DNA of 64,000 nt, taken from the NCBI RefSeq assembly GCF_006345805.1, contig NC_042997.1, forward strand, positions 198,586,001-198,650,000, in the 5' to 3' direction. The position numbers and the translations under genes were made by a program. The notes below the pieces were generated by a model. It was given only the letters and a program-made list of their open reading frames with translations, was not told the origin of the DNA and did no database searches. Source of the stretch: Octopus sinensis. Taxonomy: Eukaryota. Below, one piece after another: positions 23,140 through 36,398 of the stretch. The stretch's first letter is position 1. The number at the start of each line of letters is the position of its first letter.

Positions 23140-23345
23140 AAGGTTGAAAAGGAACACACGAGTTGATATATATGTGTTTACTCTTGTGTTTACTCAAGAT
23201 TAAACAAGAGAGACAGAAACAGGCAGAAACAAGGAAAATGCAAATATTCTTTTAAAAACATTTTTCTTTTAATTTTCCCAAAATTTAATTCTTTTCCATA
23301 TTTACAGTTGAAAAAGTCTCAATGACTGAAACAGGTACTGAACTT
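23140..23345 (+). repeat. TA-associated dispersed repeat (inverted copy at about 50945-51140)
   Basis: Shared aaacaagagagacaga..aaggaaaatgc..cagttgaaaaagtctcaatgactg. Confidence 0.75.
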
Positions 23346-23980
23346 TTTTTTCATAAGATTATTTTAGCATTTTCTATTTTAACTTTTTTCCAGATATATA
23401 TATTGTGTTGCCATTTTAAAGGTATGGCTTTCATATCATAACTGAAAATATGAACAGTCATATTCACCAAGAAAACAATAATTAACATTATGCAATATCA
23501 ATTATATAAAACACATTTTTAGAATTTATATAGATTTCCAATAACATTAATTAATTTATATATCCGAAGAATTCAATTTAAAGTGACTGCTATGTTCTAA
23601 TGTGTCTTTTAAAGCAAACTGGTGTTTCGAAAGTAAGGAAAGTCAAACGAAAGACAAATTATTTTACCTCATCTTTAGTGCTTTTATATAATTTGTATTT
23701 ACATGTACAACGGACTACGGAATACAACGTGCGCGCGCACACACACAGAAACGCATCCATAGTAGTCAGTTCATCCATTTAGACACTCTCTACTCAGTAA
23801 ATGAAAATCTGCCTAAATCCAGTACATTTATTAATACGCTCAGACCAAATGTGTGACGCTGACTCATGGTTAAGTGAGAGTAAAGACGGAGAGAGTATTT
23901 ACTGGGATTGCACCTTCAGTACTACCTATGTGGACTTTTATACCATCTCCAAAATCAAATACTTCAGAAAAATATATAGA

Positions 23981-24131
23981 AGTGGCTATGTGGTAAGTAG
24001 CTTGCTTACCAACCACATGGTTCCGGGTTCCGTCCCACTGCGTGGCACCTTGGGCAAGTGTCTTCAACTATAGCCTCGGGTCGACCAAAGCCTTGTCAGG
24101 GGATTTGGTAGACGAAAGTGAAAGAAGGCCG

Positions 24132-24178
<47 letters not shown>

Positions 24179-24380
24179 CGTGTGTGTGTGTGTGTGTCCA
24201 ACACCGCCTGACAACCGATGCTGATGTGTTTACGTCCCCGTAACTTAGAGGTTCGGCAAAAGAGACCGATAGAATAACTACTAGGCTTACAAAGAATAAG
24301 TCCTGGAGTCGATTTGCTCGACTAAAGGCGGCGCTCCAGCATGGCCATAGTCAAATGATTGAAACAAGTAAAAGAGTAAA
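23981..24380 (+). mobile_element. Family A SINE
   Basis: Near full-length match. Confidence 0.9.
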
Positions 24381-24569
24381 TCCATATTATAATTTTCAAA
24401 ATAGCCGTGAATTTTCATCGGGCACTGCAAGCATATCAGCCGAAATTGCGAGGATGATCCGGTTCTTGACTGAAGATTAGACGCTTCGAATGACCCGTCC
24501 GTTTTCGTATCGTGTATTTGAATGTTTTGCGTTCTTGTCCCATTTTGTAGTTTTATATATATTTTTTAT

Positions 24570-24649
<80 letters not shown>

Positions 24650-25094
24650 CTTTACTACGTTTTATATTTTCCTCTGTGAACGAATATTAGTTTTAGCGCA
24701 TCTTATTGTTGCTGCAACTTCCATTCTTATATCAACAACAAAAATCACGAAAATAACCTATTTTCGTTGCTTAACCGTCTCCAGAATTTCCTGTTTAAAT
24801 CGGAATCTCTTAGCGCGAATACTTGATTCGGTTTTGTGGTTTGGAGTGTTGAGTCGTGTTACATCGTAGCAGCTGCGTAATAATTTAGAAAAATTCTCAA
24901 AGTGCCATAACCAAAAGGAACAAAAAAAAACCCATTTCTTGTTATCCTTTCCTGTATCGTGAATGAAAAGCAATATCATAAGATAAATTAAAGATTACTA
25001 TAAAAAGTAGGAGAAAACAACAAAAATTGATAGGGAAAGTTGTATTGTCAATTTAAAGAAATTACAAAGACTAATATGAGAAATTAGAAGTTGC

Positions 25095-25350
25095 CATGCA
25101 AAACCCAAGCGAGTGTGCACGCTTCTAAACTAACAGAAATGCGTTATAACACCATGAGAAAAGACCGAGGAACTACTAAATGCTTGAGAAGATATTCCAT
25201 TCGTCACCCACCGCTCCTAGAAGCCATTATCTTGTTAAGAGGCGTTAAATGCAACTAGAATCTATGAAAGTCATTCACACGTTCAATGCATCTCGTGGAT
25301 TATTTGATAAGTTCAAGAAACGATCTAATCACCATAACATACAGATATCA
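25095..25350 (+). mobile_element. Tigger/pogo transposase (CENP-B HTH) remnant
   Basis: FNASRGLFDKFKKRSNHHNIQIS matches the Tigger motif F.ASRGWF..FK.R...HN. Confidence 0.65.
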
Positions 25351-25494
25351 AGATATCAGCTCAAGTGAAAAACTGTCGTTGCTTTGATGAAGGTGGATTA
25401 TTTTGGTAACGTTTCTTCGGTAAAGTTTATTTTATTATTTGAAGAAAAGAAAAAGGTATCATAATACAGTAGGAAGAAGAGCACTCGGATAGGC

Positions 25495-25820
25495 AAGCCT
25501 CCGCCACGATTAGCCAGAGGTGGCTTTTAAGGTGAGAATATCTGAGATAAACTCGACTGCTCTCACAAACGAGAATATTAAAAACGAACCCAACTGGTCT
25601 CAAAAGTAAAAAAAAACCACAGAAAAACGGAAAAATAATTCAGAAACCTTGTCTGGTATCGGATCGACCCCAAAATCTAATCAGTTCTTGTCAGTTACGA
25701 GGCCAAACATCCCTGAACGTTTCATCCGAATCTACCCAGCGGTTCTTGAGATATCTTGTCCACGGACAAACAAACAAACAACTGAAAAACAATACCTCCG
25801 CCTTAGCTAAGGCGGTGGTA
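25495..25820 (+). mobile_element. Helentron/HINE-like element, second copy
   Basis: Homologous to 3858-4195, with 3' hairpin tacctccgccttagctaaggcggtggta. Confidence 0.6.
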
Positions 25821-26224
25821 ATGAATATCTTGTGAAGCTTAAACTTTAAATTGCTAATTTGTTAGTCGAACATAAACGTTTCGAAATCCAGCCGTTGATA
25901 TGGACGATTATATGAGAAAACTTATAAGTAAGATTTAGGTTATATGGAAAATATTTACTAAATCGTCCGTTACATTGACAAATGTTACTGCGTAAAGAAT
26001 AATTCCTAAACCAAGATACGCCTGGTTAAAGAATCATTTTCCAAATCCTGATTCCTTGAAAATAAGCGAACAGGCGCTGAGGTTTGTTTTTAATCCAGCA
26101 AACACAAAGTCATGACTCCAATCAAAGGATCGGACTGTTACATCCATTTCCAGTGGTGGCCACTATTAGCTTCCAACTATACCATCTTCGAATTCACGAG
26201 CATAGATATCCTCTCGCCCCTCGC

Positions 26225-26545
26225 CCCAGCACTCTGTTGTAACAGTCTGACATTTAGAGGTCCTCAACTGTTAAACTCTCTACCTAAAGAAGTCAGAAAT
26301 ATAAAAGGAACTTCTACTGTAACATTAAAAAAAAAATCATTGGATAGATTCCTAACGACGATACAAGACCAGCCAACCATTTAAGGATACACAAACTGGA
26401 AAAATCAGCTGCCACAAACTCAATCATAGACCAACCTCCAGCCATAAAACGAAAACAAAACCAATAGAAAGCAAATTAAGGCGGTGCTCTAGCATGGATG
26501 CAGTCCTACAGCTGAAACCGTAAAAAAGAATAAAAGAAAAAGAAC
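26225..26545 (+). mobile_element. CR1-type LINE 3' end with intact tail
   Basis: CNSLTFRGPQLLNSLPKEVRNIKGTSTVTLKKK/LDRFLTTIQDQPTI, then aaggcggtgctctagcatgg..gctgaaacc(gtaaaaagaataaaag). Confidence 0.8.
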
Positions 26546-27485
26546 AAAAGTCAGTTAGTTATTGCGGTTTTTCGGAAGAGTTCTGATAATAAAAACCAAA
26601 ACGTTATGCAGCCAATGAAAAGGATTAAATATGCCTGGAAAGTTGAATGAACGTGTAATTAGCTTCAGTTGAAAAGTTGATTCAAATATGAAAAGGTGAT
26701 ATTCAGGACTTATTGTATGCTCTTAATGAAACCCTTAATTATGAAAATGCCTAAGGAGTACACAGAACAACAAGTGTCTACTTCAGCGTAGAAAAGACAC
26801 CTCCGCAACAGAGATCTCTTCTAAAAGCATATGCAGAATTATCTTGTGCTCTAGAATGACCTACAGAAAATTATCCAAATGTTGAACGAAGAATGACAGT
26901 TTTAAAAATATCTGTAATGATAGCACAGGACTGCTCTAGGGAATAATTAGAGATTCGTTAGAGGGTATTGTAATCAATCATTAATGTTTTCTTATAAAAA
27001 TAACAGAACCAGATGTTCTGAATTTACTTTTTACTCGTTGCTTATGCGAAAAAAGAAGCGTGTTAAATTTATTTGGATTGAATTACATATAATTCTGTTC
27101 AAAGGATTTCTTCGGTATAAGAAGTATATGTATTTATTCGACTGATTAGATGTAGATGCTTTTTCTGTGTATGCAAGAGGCATTATATGCCTAGAGTATA
27201 TTTAATGCGTGTACATGTTTTCCAGTATTGAATGATATATACGCTTATAAAGACTGTTTTAACTTCCTATAACATCGAAAATGCTGATGGCGAAATAGGA
27301 AAAAATAAAAAGGTGAAATGCGTTAATTTCGTTGATCGAGGTATGGGAGTATTATATTGTTTAACCGCCAATCGCAAGTGATTGTGGCCTGATGCCTGGT
27401 GGCTTTAACCACGCTTTTGCTAGTTGTTTTAGAAGCCTGTGTAGGCACGAGAACACAGGCATTCTCTTATCCCTCGTCCCAGGAG

Positions 27486-28357
27486 AATATCCTTTTCTAC
27501 TCTAGGCACAAGGCCCGAAATTTCTGGGGATGGGGGCCAGTCAATTAGATCGTCCCAGTACGCAACTGGTACTTAATTTATCGACCCCGAAAGGATGAAA
27601 GGCATAGTCGACCTCGGCGAATTTGAACTCAGAGCGTAACGGCAGACGAAATACCTATTTCTTTATTACCCACAAGGGGCTACACACAGAGGGGACAAAC
27701 GAGGACAGACAAACAGATTTAGTCGATTACATCGACTCCAGTGCGTAATTGGTACTTAATTTATCGACCCCGAAAGGATGAAAGGCAAAGTCGACCTCGG
27801 CGGAATTTGAACTAAGAACGTAACGGCAGACGAAATACCTATTTCTTTATTACCCACAAGGGGCTAAACATAGAGGGGACAAACAAGGACAGACAAAGGG
27901 ATTAAATCGATTATATCGACCTCTGTGAGTAACTTATTTATTTAATCGACCCCGAAAGGATGAAAGGGAAAGTCGACCTCGGTGGAATTTGAACTCATAA
28001 CGTAACGACAGACGAAATACCGCTAAGTATTTCGCCCGACGTGCTAACGTTTCTTATTTCTTTATTGCCCACAAGGGGCTAAACATAGAGGGAACAAACA
28101 AGGACAGACAAAGGGATTAAATCGATTATATCGACCTCTGTGAGTAACTTATTTATTTAATCGACCCCGAAAGGATGAAAGGGAAAGTCGACCTCGGTGG
28201 AATTTGAACTCATAACGTAACGACAGACGAAATACCGCTAAGTATTTCGCCCGACGTGCTAACGTTTCTTATTTCTTTATTGCCCACAAGGGGCTAAACA
28301 TAGAGGGAACAAACAAGGACAGAGACAAAGGAATTAAATCCATTACATCGACCCCAG
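27486..28357 (-). mobile_element. Family C SINE concatemer (4-5 units)
   Basis: Head-to-tail repeats. One block repeats with a period of about 215 bp (28021 and 28236). Confidence 0.9.
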
Positions 28358-29721
28358 TCTTGGAAATATTGAAAAGGTTGCAAGACGCAACGAAAACTTT
28401 AGGAAAATAAAAATAAGGAATAAGTGGAAATTTTACCGGTGAGTATGTTAAATTATAAGGCACAAAAAGAAAATGACTTTCCCCAGACAAAACAGAATAT
28501 GCTTCAACACACGAACTCACATGAAGCATCTGGGAAACCAAATCCAAAAACGAAACGTAATACATTAACAATAAGAAAACCAAAACAAAACATGGTACAC
28601 ACCCAAGCCACATACAATGGCTGCGCAGTAAAATAAGAAGAAAAAAGCTACTGAATGCCACCACTAACAACAAAAACAACAACAATAATCACAATGACAA
28701 TAATAATCTACTAGGTTTAAATAATTAATTTAATACTAATTTCAATAATTAATTTTAGCATTATTCATAGAATTCGAAAACACATTTCATAATGATCGTA
28801 AAGTAAGTGTTCTCAAAATAGTTAACTTGTATTCTCATGCGACTTAAATATAGCATTTTAAAGCCGGGACAAACGGACGGAGTAATTGAGGCACATAACG
28901 ATAAATTAATTCATTGCTTTCTAAAAACCAATCCGACTCTTAAAGCGCCACTTGCATCGTATTCATTCGCCAAAGAAAGAAAGAAGAAAAACGTTCTATC
29001 AGATAGTTAGAACGCCAATAAATAGTAATTCTAAGAAGGTTTCAAGGTTAATTGGAAACGACTAGCAGTTGTCAGAGTAAAACAAAATATATTCTAATGA
29101 TAATCAATTCTATATTTGTGTGTGTATTTCATACAGGAAAAGATACACGAATGTAATTTTTTGGCGTCAGATACAGCAACATAAATTAACCCTTGTATTA
29201 ACAAAGAACAACACAATTAAAACCGATGATAGAAAGGAACATCATTCTCATATAAATAATCTGTATGGCTGTCGGTTGTTTTGAAATATCATTGTGCTTT
29301 CCATAAACTCTTCGGTTCTACTTCTATCGCATCATTAACTATTAAACACGCAAGAAAGAACGGAAAAGCTATTCGATTGACATCGCCAGCTGCTCCAAAC
29401 TGGAAATTAATTTCACAACTTGGATGTTCCACAATATTCCACGACAGAAAGCAATACTGAAAACTGCTGGCTTTTGTTTGATTCCAATTCAGTTGTAGTT
29501 GTCAGCCGTGTCCTTAAGCAAGCAAGTGATACTTAGCGTAAAAATCATGTATTGAAGCCAGATAAATCTAAACGCTGAAATAAAGGTTTTCCAATATCAC
29601 CATTGAGAAAATCAAATAATACGTTATGCACTACTTATGTATATATTTTCTCTTATTATTATTATTATTTCGACTCATGCTTGTTGCTCTTGTGGCAAAA
29701 TTTGAAACTATTATTATTATT

Positions 29722-29936
29722 GCCTTTGTACAGCTTGTAACGCTGGAGATGTACTACAGTGTCAACTGCTCACAACCAGTGAACTAAGGTAACATCCCTT
29801 ACTTTTCGAGCACCACCCAGAGTATTCGAGCGGTTCCAAGCAGTGCTGTTTTCTGCAAGTGCTCTAACTTTATTGCAGCCCCTATTTGTTCCACGTACTT
29901 CTCAAGATTTTTACTCACTGTTCCCAGGACTCCGTC
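29722..29936 (-). mobile_element. R4/Dong-like LINE 3' end
   Basis: GVLGTVSKNLEKYVEQIGAAIKLEHLQKTALLGTARILWVVLEK* plus 3' UTR ending in (aat)n. Confidence 0.8.
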
Positions 29937-29989
29937 AACAGTGAGTAAAAATCTTGTCACAAAATTTGAAATTATTATTATTATTATTT

Positions 29990-30278
29990 TATGTTTGACT
30001 TTTGCTTTGCATTTGTACAAGTTGGCTCCAAGTCTCACCCAGAGACCCCAAGAGACAACAAATTGGAAGTTCATGTTAGTGTTATGCCTAGGGTGCCATA
30101 TATTTTGGTTTTGTACAGAGTGTTGTTCTAGAGAATGTTTAAGAAACTATAAGAAAATTATGTTTGTTTTAAAACTTGAGATTACATAGAAAGTATTTTG
30201 CGTAGGATATGGGCAGTTTCCATGATTTTGAATGGAGAGCCCGGTTTAGTACATCCATGTTGTTATTCAGCGCGGGCC
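29990..30278 (-). mobile_element. Second R4/Dong-like LINE 3' end
   Basis: ..ETAHILRKILSM* plus 3' UTR, bounded by (att)n on both sides. Confidence 0.65.
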
Positions 30279-30885
30279 TATTATTATTATTATTATGCCA
30301 GGTATATTATATAAATCAATTTATATACACCAAATTATTAAGTGGGGAAAACATCATGGTAGAATGAAGATATGTGATAGTCATACAATCTTTGCTTCCC
30401 TGGAATATAACGATATTATAAAAAAAACATAACCATCTTCACATACAACTACTACTGTCATTTATACAACTAACTCTTGAGCTGGAAGAATCGTTAGCAC
30501 TCCACGCAAAACGCTTAGTGGCATTTCTAACGTACGCATGTGTCCATACATTCTGGTTGCATCGACCTTAATAAAGAAACATAACTAAATATTGTAAGGC
30601 TATATACACAGAATGTAATTATGTTCATGTCACTATATTACTATATTTATTACAGTAACCATTAAAAGAGACCAATTAAAAGCAAATATATATTGATGAA
30701 TAACATTTTACGTTTGATGGGATTGAATCAACTTCAGCCTTCACCTGTGCTTATGTTATGAACCTTAGAAGAATGAGAGACAAATTAGATACCAAAGAGG
30801 TTTAAGCTCAGAATGTGAAGGGAGATAGCTAAATATCATAACGTTTCTTCCAGGTTCAGTATTAATTCTGTGACATCTATGGTAC

Positions 30886-31278
30886 TAATAATCCTTTCTA
30901 TTACAGGCACAAGGCCTGAAACTTCGGGGAGAGGACTAGTCGATTAGATCGACTCCAGTACGCAACTGGTACTAAATTTATCGACCCCCGAAAAGATGAA
31001 AGGCAAAGTCGACCTCAGCGGAATTTGAACACAGAACGTAGAGGCAGACGAAATACATATTTCTTTACTACCTACAGGGGGCTAAACACAGAGAGGACAA
31101 ACAAGGACAGACAAACGGATTAAGTTGATTACATCGACCCCAGTGCGGAACTGGTACTTAATTTATCGACTTCGAAGGATGAAAGGCAAAGTCGGAATTT
31201 GAACTCAGAACGTAGCGGCAGACGAAATACCGCTAAGCGTTTCGCCCGGCGTGCTAACGATTCAGCCAGCCCGCCGCT
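30886..31278 (-). mobile_element. Family C SINE dimer
   Basis: One head and two body units. Confidence 0.85.
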
Positions 31279-32814
31279 TTATGCATGGTACTAATTCTCA
31301 TTAGTCACTCAATAGTCACTCTCCGCTACGGACACAGAAGAAAGTAATTTACGCATAATAAGTAATTGTTTTTATCACGAAACAGTCGCAAGCATTTTAA
31401 CATTAAAACTATACATCACTCATAAACATAATGTACTCAAAATTATTCATGGTCATGTTATTGACAAACAATCACCCAGAATTCTTGCAATAAACTCTGT
31501 CTGGAATCAGACATACTTCGAAGGATTCTTTCGACATATTGTTCGACGTATGTTCATTCGATACTAGCTTTTCACTTTTCTCTCAACACTAGCTTTTCAT
31601 TCAGATAGTCGCTTCTGAAGTAACACGAAAAATATATCTCGCGGCTATGTAATTTGTGGAATAGGTTCACTAGAAATTATTCTAGCTTTATTCAGACAAC
31701 AATAGACGCTAACTACAATTTTTTTTTGACATCCTTGAATTTAACCTTTAGTAAAGTAACTTTAGTCAAGTTCTTGAGTACAAAAGTCAACTGAATTGTA
31801 AAACTGTTGGTGGCTCAACATCGAAATAATAGTACTAAGATTTATTTTCTTTTTGTTTTAACCTTTATTATTATGTTTCCTATACGAAATATTTAACATT
31901 AATAACTGTGAATCAAAACTTCGTTCAAATTTGAAGTCAACTGGAAACCAAATCACTTATATTAACTCTAACAAAAGCATCGTTTCTAATATTATTATCA
32001 ATAAACTACGAGCAAGAAAAAAATTGTATCTTATGTACATAGTTAATGCCATTGAAAATGGCAAGACTGTCATACAATAGCATTCCTCGATTCGTATAAA
32101 TTCGAATTGTTGTGCCTGAAATACCTTCTCCTGAAAAATTGCCAGCAAATTATATATTTCACTATAATCGTATTAAATAGGTTGCATTAGTTGCAGGAAT
32201 ATCTGATCCAATACAAGTATTTACATGAGATACATACTGTAAGCTTGTACAGTGTATTTTGGTAACAAGCACATTTTATATCTATATTTACAATCCTCCT
32301 GCAAACACACACACATGTATATATGTATGTGTGTATCCTTGTTAACAAAACAATGAGTTCGAAATAACTATAAAGGTAGTAAGAAAATCTAGGGAGAAGT
32401 GAGCAATAGAAGAGCTTCACAGAAGCTTCCTTTATGCAAGTGTTTCAGTCTTTAACTCTCTACATTCAAAGGGGCCCGGAAAGCTTCCGAGTCATGACTC
32501 TTGGATGTCTTTCAGCTGTCACATGTACTGCATCCTGCATCTTTCCCGGTGATCAAGGTGCCCTTAGAGCCAAGGTGCTGTGGATCACTTTGGCCCAAGA
32601 GAGCTAGCCAGCTAGAAAGACAGTATGTATGTATAATGTCATCAGTTAACGAATTAGTTTTCACTTCAACTTTAGGAGCTGCTTTATCATCCATATAGAT
32701 AGATTAGAAATATATGAAATTCCAACTTGTTGACTGTTTATTCGTGTGATTAGGTGCTAGTCTAACTGTGAATGGGTATTTATGTGTGCAGGTTTGTATG
32801 TATCTTTTTTCTTC

Positions 32815-32965
32815 AGCGGTTCGGCAAATGAGACGAATAGAGTAAGTACCAGGCTTTAAGAAAAACAAAAAAACTAAGTAATGTGGTCGATTCGTTCGAC
32901 TAAAAATTCTCCAATGCAGTGCTCCAGTATGGCCACAGTCCAATGACTGAAACATGTAAAAAAAT
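32815..32965 (+). mobile_element. Family A SINE 3' fragment
   Basis: gcggttcggcaa..gtgctccagtatggccacagtc tail. Confidence 0.7.
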
Positions 32966-34163
32966 AATAGATTTATATTGCATGCACAGAATCATGCACT
33001 CGAATATATGCATGATAAACTTTATAATAATTAAAAAATAGAAGAGATATACAAATGAAAATACCCTGTTGCTGATGTTGAAATTCATATGAAGGAGTCT
33101 TGGATCTTGGTTATAAACTTACCCTTTCTCTATTAGCAAGAAATTTTGGAATAAAATTGAACAATGGCATACATACATACATACATATAGAGAAAGAGAT
33201 AGAGAAAGAAAGAGAGTATTGAAGACAACAGAACACTGTTACCATAAATATATTTAAAAGTAGACGACAAAAATAATAAATCAGAAGATACGGGTGCCAG
33301 CCTCATATACGGAAAGCTAAATCCGAAATTTCTTTAGCTTTAGAAGAAAATGAAAATCCGCATTTGTAATTGCATTTTGTAAGAGCAGAAGAGATAAGTT
33401 TGAAAAGTCGTAACTTAAGTTTTCAGGCTTTGAAAGAATTATCTCCTGAAAGATCGTTTTACAGTTAATGTGTACAATGACTGCACTTGTACACTATACT
33501 GTCTGCTTTATAATTCTCATTCACCACTTTGCAAGCAGTCGCGATCATCTACACAGTGAGTATAATAGTACAGAATAGAATATTTGATAGCTTCCTTTAT
33601 TATCAGCTGAATTTAGAAAATGAAACAAGGATATTAAATTGGGATACCCAAAGTAGAATTTATTGGAGACTAGAATAATAGATTATCTGATAAGTAAATC
33701 TCCTTTTTATTTCTATTATTACTTACAGAGTAATGCATGTTCAGATTCTACACACCAAAATATAACACAAAATTTTACTAAGGAAATTCAATTACAATGA
33801 TACATTACAAATTTTTGTGAACAATCTTGTTTTTGCTTACGCTAATATCCTTCTGTCAAATATTCGTTTCTATGATTCAACGACTAATGCCAAGTGAAGA
33901 TTTAATTATTCTGCAACTGCTTAAAGTAGAATCTTTCTTACAATAAACTAACACATCAAATAATTCTAAGTTCATTAAATGAACTTTAATTATTTCATCG
34001 TTATACAGTATGCTTGTATTGATTTCTTACACAGACAAAAGGTCTGATATTTCGGAAAACAGAATAGTCGATTATAACCCAACAAGTGCTTGACTATTAT
34101 TTATTAAACCAATCTCGAGAGAATGAAAATTTAAAGTGATTTCCAACGTGACTTGAACACATA

Positions 34164-34326
34164 GGCGCAGGGGGTGGCTGTGTGGTAAGTAGCTTGCTTA
34201 CCAACCACATGGTTCCAGGTTCAGTCCCACTGCGTAGCACCTTGGGCAAGTGTCTTCTTCTATAGCCTCGGGCCGACCAAAGCCTTGTGAGTGGATTTGG
34301 TAGACGGAAACTGAAAGAAGCCCGTC

Positions 34327-34366
<40 letters not shown>

Positions 34367-34570
34367 GTGTGTATGTTTGTGTGTGTCCCCAACTTCGCTT
34401 GACAACCGATGCTGGTGTGTTTATGTCATCGTAACTTAGCGGTTCGGCAAAAGAGACCGATAGAATAAGTACTAGGCTTAAAAAGAATAAGTCCTGGGGT
34501 CGATTTGGTCGACTAAAGACGGTGTTCTAGCATGGCCGCAGTAAAAATGACTAAAACAAGTAAACAGAAT
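34164..34570 (+). mobile_element. Family A SINE
   Basis: Full-length match. Confidence 0.9.
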
Positions 34571-34704
34571 ATAGATGTACGCTACTAAATACACAGGGAT
34601 ATTCTGTCTACCACTACGACCATTCTGCGAGTTCGCTGTTCTGTATATTGGGTCCAAATTTTAGCGCAGAGCGAACTATTTCGGTGTAGAGGGGTGGAGT
34701 AAAT

Positions 34705-35030
34705 TGTTTACATTGATTCCAGTGTCCGGCTGCTACTTATTTTATCGATCCCAAAAGGATAAGTCGACTTAAGGACGAACGAAATGCCGCTGAGAATTTT
34801 TGTCTGGCGTGATAACGACTCGTATTTCTTTACTGCCCAGAGGGGACAAACAAGAACAGACAAACGGATTAGATCGACCCCAATGCATAACTGGTACTTA
34901 TTTAATCGACCCTGAAAGGATGAAAGGCAAAGTGGACCTCGGCGGAATTTGAACTCAGAACACAAAGACAGACGAAATACAGCAAAGCATTTCGCCCGGC
35001 GTGCCAACGTTTCTGCTAGCTCGTCACCTT
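34705..35030 (-). mobile_element. Degraded family C SINE dimer
   Basis: gacctcggcggaatttgaactcagaac plus head remnant. Confidence 0.75.
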
Positions 35031-35064
35031 CATTGTTCTTTATGTTGATACTTGAGAGACGAGT

Positions 35065-35440
35065 GGAGGCGCAATGGCCAGTGGTTAGGGCAGCGGACTC
35101 GCGGTCTTAGGATCGCGGTTTCGATTCCCAGACCGGGCGTTGTGAGTGTTTATTGAACGAAAACACCTAAAACTCCACAAGGCTCCGGCAGGAGGTGGTG
35201 GTGAACCCTGCTCTACTCTTTCACCACAACTTTCTCTCACTCTTTCTCGCTGTTTCTCTTGTACCTGTATTTCAAAGGGCCGGCCTTGTCACACTGTGTC
35301 ACGCTGAATCTCCACGAGAACTACGTTAAGGGTAGATGTGTCTGTGGAGTGCTCAGCCATTCGCACGTTAATTTCACGAGCAGGCTGTTCCGTTGATCGG
35401 ATCAACTGGAACACGCGTCGTCATAGCCGACGGGGTGTCA
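35065..35440 (+). mobile_element. Family B SINE
   Basis: tRNA-like head. TSD tgagagacga. Confidence 0.9.
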
Positions 35441-36009
35441 GTCGTGCCTGAGAGACGAATACAGACGGCGTGAAAATAATATAACTAAAACTTACAATAA
35501 AACTAAGATAGATTCTAAACATCTCTTCAACATTTGCTGCACGACGTTAGGATTGCCCTTGTGTTCTTTTCAATTATACACAAGTTCAAACCATCGCTTC
35601 ACATGTTCTTAATGTCAGGAAAAATTTTAAATAGAAATTATGACTCGTTTTGTTAAACAGATATAATGAAATACTTGTATTGTTCTAACTATTTTATGGT
35701 TATTGTGAAATTTACCATTATAGCAGTAGAGTCGTTGACTATTTTATTGTGTTTCTCGAAAGGTGGGTCACGATCCATTTATGATATTAAATTGTCAATG
35801 TAGTGAGTTAAATAGAATTTAGCTTCTACCGCTAGACGAATGTCAGGTACATTTCAGACGAAAATATTAATAGCAGACGCTGTTTGATTTCTGACTTCAA
35901 TTTCCCAGTCTTCTAGCTTCAATTTTCCAAGATTCCGTTCTAAAAGATACTGAGGCTCTTCAACACATACGTTTTTTCCAATGTGTTGATAATCTTGATA
36001 CAAATATGG

Positions 36010-36036
36010 GGGGGACACACAAACATACACACACAG

Positions 36037-36067
<31 letters not shown>

Positions 36068-36244
36068 ACACACACACATGATGGGCTTCTTTCAGTTTCC
36101 GTCTACCAAATCCACTCATAAGGCTTTGGTCGGCCCGAGGCTATACATGAAGACACTTGCCCAAGGTGCTACGCAGTGGGACTGAACCTGGAACCATGTG
36201 GTTGGTAAGCAAGCTACTTACCACACAGCCACTCCCTGCGCCTA
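36010..36244 (-). mobile_element. Family A SINE 5' half (duplicate at about 37860-38094)
   Basis: Head, central module and microsatellite. Confidence 0.85.
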
Positions 36245-36398
36245 TTCTCCTATTCTCAATCGTCCCTGTCTTGGGAGCATAAAATTCTAAGTTAGTGCAT
36301 CAGTCGAAGATGTCGAACTAGACTCAAACGAGTTTGAAGAAAACAAGATATTAGAAACAATATCTGGGCTTTATGTTATTCCATGAAATCCCCATTCA

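Noticed and set aside
35065-35140. SINE heads as functional tRNA-Arg genes
   Set aside because: They lack a proper cloverleaf, run into SINE bodies and carry TSDs.
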